Source of the DNA: an uncultured virus (IMG/VR IMGVR_UViG_3300033141_001794)
Taxonomy: Duplodnaviria > Heunggongvirae > Uroviricota > Caudoviricetes
Strand: one strand, 5' to 3'
IMG/VR virus record: IMGVR_UViG_3300033141_001794
DNA: 64,000 bases
In this document: piece after piece, positions 60,062 to 64,000 of the stretch
Layout: each line of letters opens with the position of its first letter
Position numbering within the stretch: position 1 is the first letter of the stretch
Program-made: the position numbers and the translations under genes
Notes under the pieces: generated by a model
Told to the model about the DNA's origin: nothing
The model's input: only the letters and a program-made list of their open reading frames with translations
Databases searched by the model: none

Positions 60062-60892
60062 ATGGAAACCACTGAACTCATGACTATTAACCAGGAGAAC
60101 GCTCTTGAAGTATTTACCGGAGACAAGCTGCCGGAATATTTAAAAGCTATTAAGGAAGATGCTTTAAACTTTGTTGCAGATCCTGATACTGCTACTGGGA
60201 GAAAGCAGATAGCATCAAAAGCCCACTCTATTGCAAAAGAGAAGGTCCGTATAGATAATATTGGCAAGGTCCTGGTGGCTGACTGGAAAGCAAAGAGTTA
60301 TATGGTTGATGAAGCCAGGAAGAAGACCCGGGATTTTATGGACGATGTTAAAAAGGAGGTTCGCCTGCCATTGACCGAGTATGAGGATGCTAAGAAAGCG
60401 GTAGAAGAAGCAGAGCGCCAAGCTATCAAGAAGGAGATGGAATGGGAAGAGGCCCTGGTTGAAGATGATTTCTTTAACCGGAAAAAGGAGGTTGAGCGCA
60501 AAGAGGCTGAGTTGAAAGCCCAGGAAGAAGAGCGTCTTGCTAAAGAGAAGGCTCTCCAGGCAGAGATTGATCAGAAGAACCGTGAAGAGAGGATAAAACT
60601 GGAAGCCAAAGAGAAAGCGGAACGCGAAGCAGCTGATAAGATTGAGGCACTAAAGCAGGTCCAGCGTGACAAGGTAGCAAAGGAACTCGCTGAGAAAGAG
60701 CGCATTGAGGAAGAGAAGCGGGAGGCCCAGAGACTTGCTGATCGGAAAGCTGCTAACCTGAATCACCAGCGGAAGATCAACCGGGAAGCGCTCGAGGGCT
60801 TTGTTGACCATGGCCTTACAGAAGAGCTTGCTAAAAACATCATTACCCTGATAGCCAAGGGTGAAATCAAACACATTTCTATTAAGTATTAA
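60062..60892 (+). CDS. Conserved phage coiled-coil protein of recombination modules
   Basis: GRKQIAS.A..IA..K..ID..GK.LV; VR.PLTEYE; IAKG.I.H.SI.Y. Confidence 0.7.
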   Translation: METTELMTINQENALEVFTGDKLPEYLKAIKEDALNFVADPDTATGRKQIASKAHSIAKEKVRIDNIGKVLVADWKAKSYMVDEARKKTRDFMDDVKKEVRLPLTEYEDAKKAVEEAERQAIKKEMEWEEALVEDDFFNRKKEVERKEAELKAQEEERLAKEKALQAEIDQKNREERIKLEAKEKAEREAADKIEALKQVQRDKVAKELAEKERIEEEKREAQRLADRKAANLNHQRKINREALEGFVDHGLTEELAKNIITLIAKGEIKHISIKY

Positions 60893-60895
60893 AGG

Positions 60896-61120
60896 ATGGG
60901 TGATATGGGAGACATGGCAGATTTGATGTTAGATGGTACAATGTGTTCGGTATGCGGAGTGTATCTGGGTAGTGACGCTGACTACCCTCAAATGTGTGCA
61001 GATTGCGAAAAAGAAGAGAAGGAGGCTCGCGCAGAGGACCAACACGATGAAACCAGGAAGCCTGCTAACCTGACATGGAACAGAGAAACCGGAAAGTATG
61101 AGTCTGCAAATGCCAAATAG
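60896..61120 (+). CDS. Small Zn-binding protein
   Basis: MGDMAD.MLDG..C..CG.Y......P..C..C. Confidence 0.65.
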   Translation: MGDMGDMADLMLDGTMCSVCGVYLGSDADYPQMCADCEKEEKEARAEDQHDETRKPANLTWNRETGKYESANAK

Positions 61121-61364
61121 AACCCTGTATCCCTGCACCTGTAACGGCTTTGAGAATAATCCTTATTGCGTCTTCCATTATTCAAAGGAAACCAGAATAA
61201 GAATATCACCAGTGATTCAGGGATTAAAAGATCAATATCAATTTAATCACCAGGAAGCTTATGAGAGAGGTGTTGAATTAATTTGTAACGAATTGAAACA
61301 GGAAGAAAAAGAACGTAAGCTATTGATAGAAAGAAAGTACTATAATTCACTTAAAGTTGCTTAA
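61098..61364 (+). CDS. Hypothetical protein
   Basis: CTC...PYC..H; overlaps the upstream gene. Confidence 0.5.
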   Translation: MSLQMPNRTLYPCTCNGFENNPYCVFHYSKETRIRISPVIQGLKDQYQFNHQEAYERGVELICNELKQEEKERKLLIERKYYNSLKVA

Positions 61365-61442
61365 AAAGAATGTGAGTGCGTATAGCGACTTGTTGTATGA
61401 CATTATGAGAATCTTTAAATTGTAAAAAGGAGGTTTTGCTAT

Positions 61443-61751
61443 ATGGAATACCAAATAGTAGTTGAAAGTGACCCGTTTAGAATGGCAGAGTGCGTAAATG
61501 ATATGTGTAAAGATGGGTGGATGCCGGTAGGTTCGCACCACGTTGCTTTTGAGCCTGGTCAAATATGGTATTACTCACAAGCGGTAGTCCGCAAAACTCC
61601 TAACACTAAGGAAGCTTTACAAAACGACACACAACAACTACAGGCTAAAATTGCCGATTGTGCATTGGTGATTGAAAATAGTGAAAAGGGGCTTGGAAGT
61701 ATCACGAAAGGTGCAATTGCACACAGGCTTCGGCAACTATCAGCCGTGTAG
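61443..61751 (+). CDS. Cassette 1 ORF, DUF1737-like N-terminus
   Basis: YQIV......L..VN.....GW.P.G......YSQAVVR; AAGGAGG SD. Confidence 0.7.
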   Translation: MEYQIVVESDPFRMAECVNDMCKDGWMPVGSHHVAFEPGQIWYYSQAVVRKTPNTKEALQNDTQQLQAKIADCALVIENSEKGLGSITKGAIAHRLRQLSAV

Positions 61752-61762
61752 GAACGTTGTCG
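61629..61762 (+). repeat. attC-like site A
   Basis: CAAC-aa-CTACA-GGCT-aaaa-TTGCCGA...TCGGCAA-ctatc-AGCC-g-TGTAG-gaac-GTTG. Confidence 0.75.
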
Positions 61763-61826
61763 ATCAATCCCGCTGGGGTTGGGCAGCACGATTTTAATTG
61801 TAGTTTAACGAATTGGAGGCTAAATT

Positions 61827-62123
61827 ATGGGAGTATCGGGTAAAAGTGTAAAGAAGTTTTCAGAAGGAAATTTAGCTATTACAAATGGCGTTCATTTAGA
61901 CAGCGACTATAAACATGTTTTTTTTGACATAACTGAATGTGATGATAAGAAGGTTAAGCTAAAAAGTCACTGGAATAGTACTGAGTTTAATTGTGTAATA
62001 GAAACTGATACTTTTGGCGAACATACAACAATTAAACAGACTTCTGAGGTAGAAAAATTTCTTTTTCATATAAAGTCAAAAAAATTTAAGGTAAGACCGA
62101 TGAAAGGTGACAGGATTGGATAA
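61827..62123 (+). CDS. Cassette 2 ORF, hypothetical
   Basis: GGAGG SD, 98 aa. Confidence 0.65.
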   Translation: MGVSGKSVKKFSEGNLAITNGVHLDSDYKHVFFDITECDDKKVKLKSHWNSTEFNCVIETDTFGEHTTIKQTSEVEKFLFHIKSKKFKVRPMKGDRIG

Positions 62124-62268
62124 CAATTCGTTAAAGGAAAAAGCAAATTGAACGTCACAATGGAAAAAATAACCAGCGGGCACGCGGATGTTAAACACCG
62201 CTTTAATCGACAACGCCCTCTTACAAACCGATTGAGAGCTTGTCTAATGTCCACTCCAGCCGGACAGC

Positions 62269-62343
62269 CGACAACAATCTTAGGGGAAAATATCAGGACG
62301 AAAAGAAGCCCTGACACGTTCCCCCGTAAGAGGGCGTTGCAGG
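62269..62343 (+). repeat. attC-like site B
   Basis: CAAC-aa-TCTTA-GGGGAA-aata-TCAGG...CCTGA-cacg-TTCCCC-g-TAAGA-gggc-GTTG. Confidence 0.78.
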
Positions 62344-62403
62344 AAATTAAACCGCTAAGAGCATAATTGTAGTTTGGCTCATTAGCAGAAAAGGATTGTA
62401 AAA

Positions 62404-62712
62404 ATGGAAATTGATTACGGAAATGGAAAAACTAAATATGGGCCTGGTGTGCAAATAGAATTAAGCGGCGGCGAGGTGGCAATTGCAATAGACACATATT
62501 TAACAGCACACAATGTATATATATCCGGCCCCAGAACTATTACAGTAAACAATGAGCTGTGTAAAATTGGGAGTGTCTATGTTGATCCATCTGGGTTTGC
62601 AATTGCTAATGGTATAAAATATAGTGGTAGAGGTTCAAGCCTTCGCCAAAAGAGAATTAAGGAAAACGCGGTTGAACATCCTGCAACACCGAAAGGCCAA
62701 AATGACAAGTAA
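62404..62712 (+). CDS. Cassette 3 ORF, hypothetical
   Basis: AAAGGA SD; YG.G.T.YGPGV.I.L.G.EVA.AI..YL.AH. Confidence 0.7.
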   Translation: MEIDYGNGKTKYGPGVQIELSGGEVAIAIDTYLTAHNVYISGPRTITVNNELCKIGSVYVDPSGFAIANGIKYSGRGSSLRQKRIKENAVEHPATPKGQNDK

Positions 62713-62739
62713 CTTCGGCCATTCCGGGAACGTTGTCGG
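62681..62739 (+). repeat. attC-like site C (short, more degenerate)
   Basis: CAAC-ac-CGAAAGGCC-aaaa...GGCCATTCCG-ggaac-GTTG. Confidence 0.6.
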
Positions 62740-62783
62740 AAATACCGAATCGATTGTAAATTGGGTGATAAACGGAGGTTAAA

Positions 62784-63059
62784 ATGCAATTTTTAGACAA
62801 GTTGGGGTGGCCTGTTGAAAGAGTAAAGGGCAGGCCGGTGTTAAATTTTTTGCGGTTGTTAATTCACACCCGTAAAATTAAGCGGGGCAAGTTTGTTTAC
62901 AAGCAGGAACCATCACCCAATGTAACTTGTGGAAATTCGGAACATACCGACAACAAGACACAGCCTAAAACTTCGGCTTTTGGTGATGCGGTTCGTAAAC
63001 ATGCCGAAAAAGAAGGAATTGATTTGGATGTTAAGCCTAAACAAATTTACGGTGGGTAG
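62784..63059 (+). CDS. Cassette 4 ORF, hypothetical
   Basis: GGAGG SD, 91 aa. Confidence 0.6.
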   Translation: MQFLDKLGWPVERVKGRPVLNFLRLLIHTRKIKRGKFVYKQEPSPNVTCGNSEHTDNKTQPKTSAFGDAVRKHAEKEGIDLDVKPKQIYGG

Positions 63060-63091
63060 CCTTCGCATCAGGCGTGTGCAAGACGTTGGAG
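62948..63091 (+). repeat. attC-like site D
   Basis: CAAC-aaga-CACA-GCCT-aaaa...c-AGGC-g-TGTG-caagac-GTTG. Confidence 0.65.
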
Positions 63092-63121
63092 TAAATTTTT
63101 TCTTTTGAGATTGGAGTTTTT

Positions 63122-63358
63122 ATGCGTGATAATGATATTGAAAGGTTAGACTATCACCTTAGTCGTAAAGAGTTTAAATCGCTCCGTTTTGTGTGGGATC
63201 GCATAAAAAAGGCTTTAAGCGGAAGCGAAAAAACTCCCACCAACAACGACAGCCCAAAATTGCATTGTCCTAAGTGTGGCGCAACCGACAATATAGCACA
63301 ATCGACAGAGGGGCATAAGTATCATTGTTTTAGGTGTGATAATTACTGGAAAAAATAA
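63122..63358 (+). CDS. Cassette 5 ORF with C-terminal Zn ribbon
   Basis: CPKCG...CFRC; GGAG SD. Confidence 0.65.
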   Translation: MRDNDIERLDYHLSRKEFKSLRFVWDRIKKALSGSEKTPTNNDSPKLHCPKCGATDNIAQSTEGHKYHCFRCDNYWKK

Positions 63359-63389
63359 TGCAACTGTCGGGCGTGTCTTGACGTTGTGA
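63238..63389 (+). repeat. attC-like site E
   Basis: CAAC-aac-GACA-GCCC-aaaa-TTGCATT...AATGCAA-ctgtc-GGGC-g-TGTC-ttgac-GTTG. Confidence 0.78.
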
Positions 63390-63422
63390 CGAAATTAATC
63401 CTTTAGAATATTGGAGTTGCGA

Positions 63423-63674
63423 ATGAAATTAAAAGAAGCTATGAAAACAATCGGGAGTTTGGTATCTGGTTGCGGTTATTCAAAGGATGTTGATGCGTAT
63501 AATGTCATTCGCAAAGCATTAGAGGAAGCGGATGAACTGTCGCACAACACCGCCAGGGATGCCATCGCTTTCGTTGAACAGGTAAAAGGGTGTAGTAAGC
63601 GGGTGGCCGGTTCGAACAAAGTATTAGTTGCATTAATCAATCAGGCTGCGGTCATAGCGCAACGGCACCCATAG
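63423..63674 (+). CDS. Cassette 6 ORF, hypothetical
   Basis: GGAG SD before ATG 63423. Confidence 0.6.
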   Translation: MKLKEAMKTIGSLVSGCGYSKDVDAYNVIRKALEEADELSHNTARDAIAFVEQVKGCSKRVAGSNKVLVALINQAAVIAQRHP

Positions 63675-63689
63675 CGTAATCCGTTGTTT
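63542..63689 (+). repeat. attC-like site F
   Basis: CAAC-ac-CGC-ca-GGG-a-TGCC...GGCA-CCC-ata-GCG-taatcc-GTTG. Confidence 0.6.
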
Positions 63690-63733
63690 TCAATTAACCG
63701 CCGATTATAGGTCGGCAGAAAGAAAGGTAACAG

Positions 63734-64000
63734 ATGGATGATAAACAAACGTTAGTGGAGTCCGGCAAGCAGTTGACGGCAACTTTGCCAAATGATACGA
63801 TGCGTATTATGAGCATTGCTATTGAAACCTTAGCCGTGGCAAGGGATAATTTAAAGAAACGTCTTGGCAACTGTAATGTTTCACAAATGGTTGCAGAAAG
63901 TGACGATAGATATTCTGCGATATTAACAGAACCTAATGGTAAAAAACATTTCTGGAAAAAGGACGGTTCTTATGATGGTAACGATAAGGAGTGCTCTGAC
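63734..64000 (+). CDS. Cassette 7 ORF (partial, runs off the window)
   Basis: GAAAGG SD, ATG 63734, open to the end (MDDKQTLVESGK...). Confidence 0.55.
   Translation, partial: MDDKQTLVESGKQLTATLPNDTMRIMSIAIETLAVARDNLKKRLGNCNVSQMVAESDDRYSAILTEPNGKKHFWKKDGSYDGNDKECSD

Larger units (their letters stand above)
61392..64000 (+). mobile_element. Integron-like gene-cassette array (at least 6 attC-like sites; no integrase in the window)
   Basis: One ORF per unit; units end in imperfect hairpins bounded by CAAC and C-GTTG; flanks are complementary between consecutive sites. Confidence 0.72.

Noticed and set aside
62148..62366. 72-aa ORF spanning site B
   Set aside because: Largely made of the inverted repeat and attC-like sequence and crosses the cassette junction; probably not a real gene
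149..62789. All minus-strand ORFs in the track (e.g. 48795-49703, 302 aa; 23294-23881; 29637-30212)
   Set aside because: They lie antisense to well-supported + strand genes, have F/L/S-rich shadow composition and show no recognisable motifs
61392..64000. CRISPR array or simple terminator interpretation of the repeated hairpins
   Set aside because: The repeats are not identical, the intervals are 300-580 bp and contain ORFs, and the hairpins lack U-tracts but share CAAC/GTTG ends and bulges
1..64000. Integrase, endolysin, DNA polymerase, reverse transcriptase/DGR, inteins, alternative genetic code
   Set aside because: No motifs recognised; genes are intact under the standard code. Such functions may lie outside the window

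Overview
This window is about 64 kb of a tailed dsDNA phage (or prophage) genome with podovirus-like architecture; every credible gene is on the + strand. In order it carries: NinB-like and ParB-like genes; terS and terL (with an extra degenerate nuclease-like C-terminal domain); a ~16 kb island of ~20 glycan synthesis/modification enzymes between terL and portal; portal, scaffold, major capsid, adaptor/nozzle and tail proteins; internal-virion (ejection) proteins including a ~4,180-aa DarB-like polyvalent protein (GGDEF-like, N6-adenine MTase, SNF2 helicase, HExxH) that appears to hide overprinted genes; beta-helix and SGNH-LamG tail proteins; and an early region with an RHH regulator, a T-loop-containing structured RNA candidate, ERF and YqaJ recombination genes. 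The most striking signal is at 61.4-64 kb: a tandem array of small genes separated by at least six attC-like imperfect hairpins (CAAC...GTTG) whose flanks pair with the neighbouring site as in integron cassette arrays, with no integrase in the window. All protein calls come from motif recognition by eye, not database searches.
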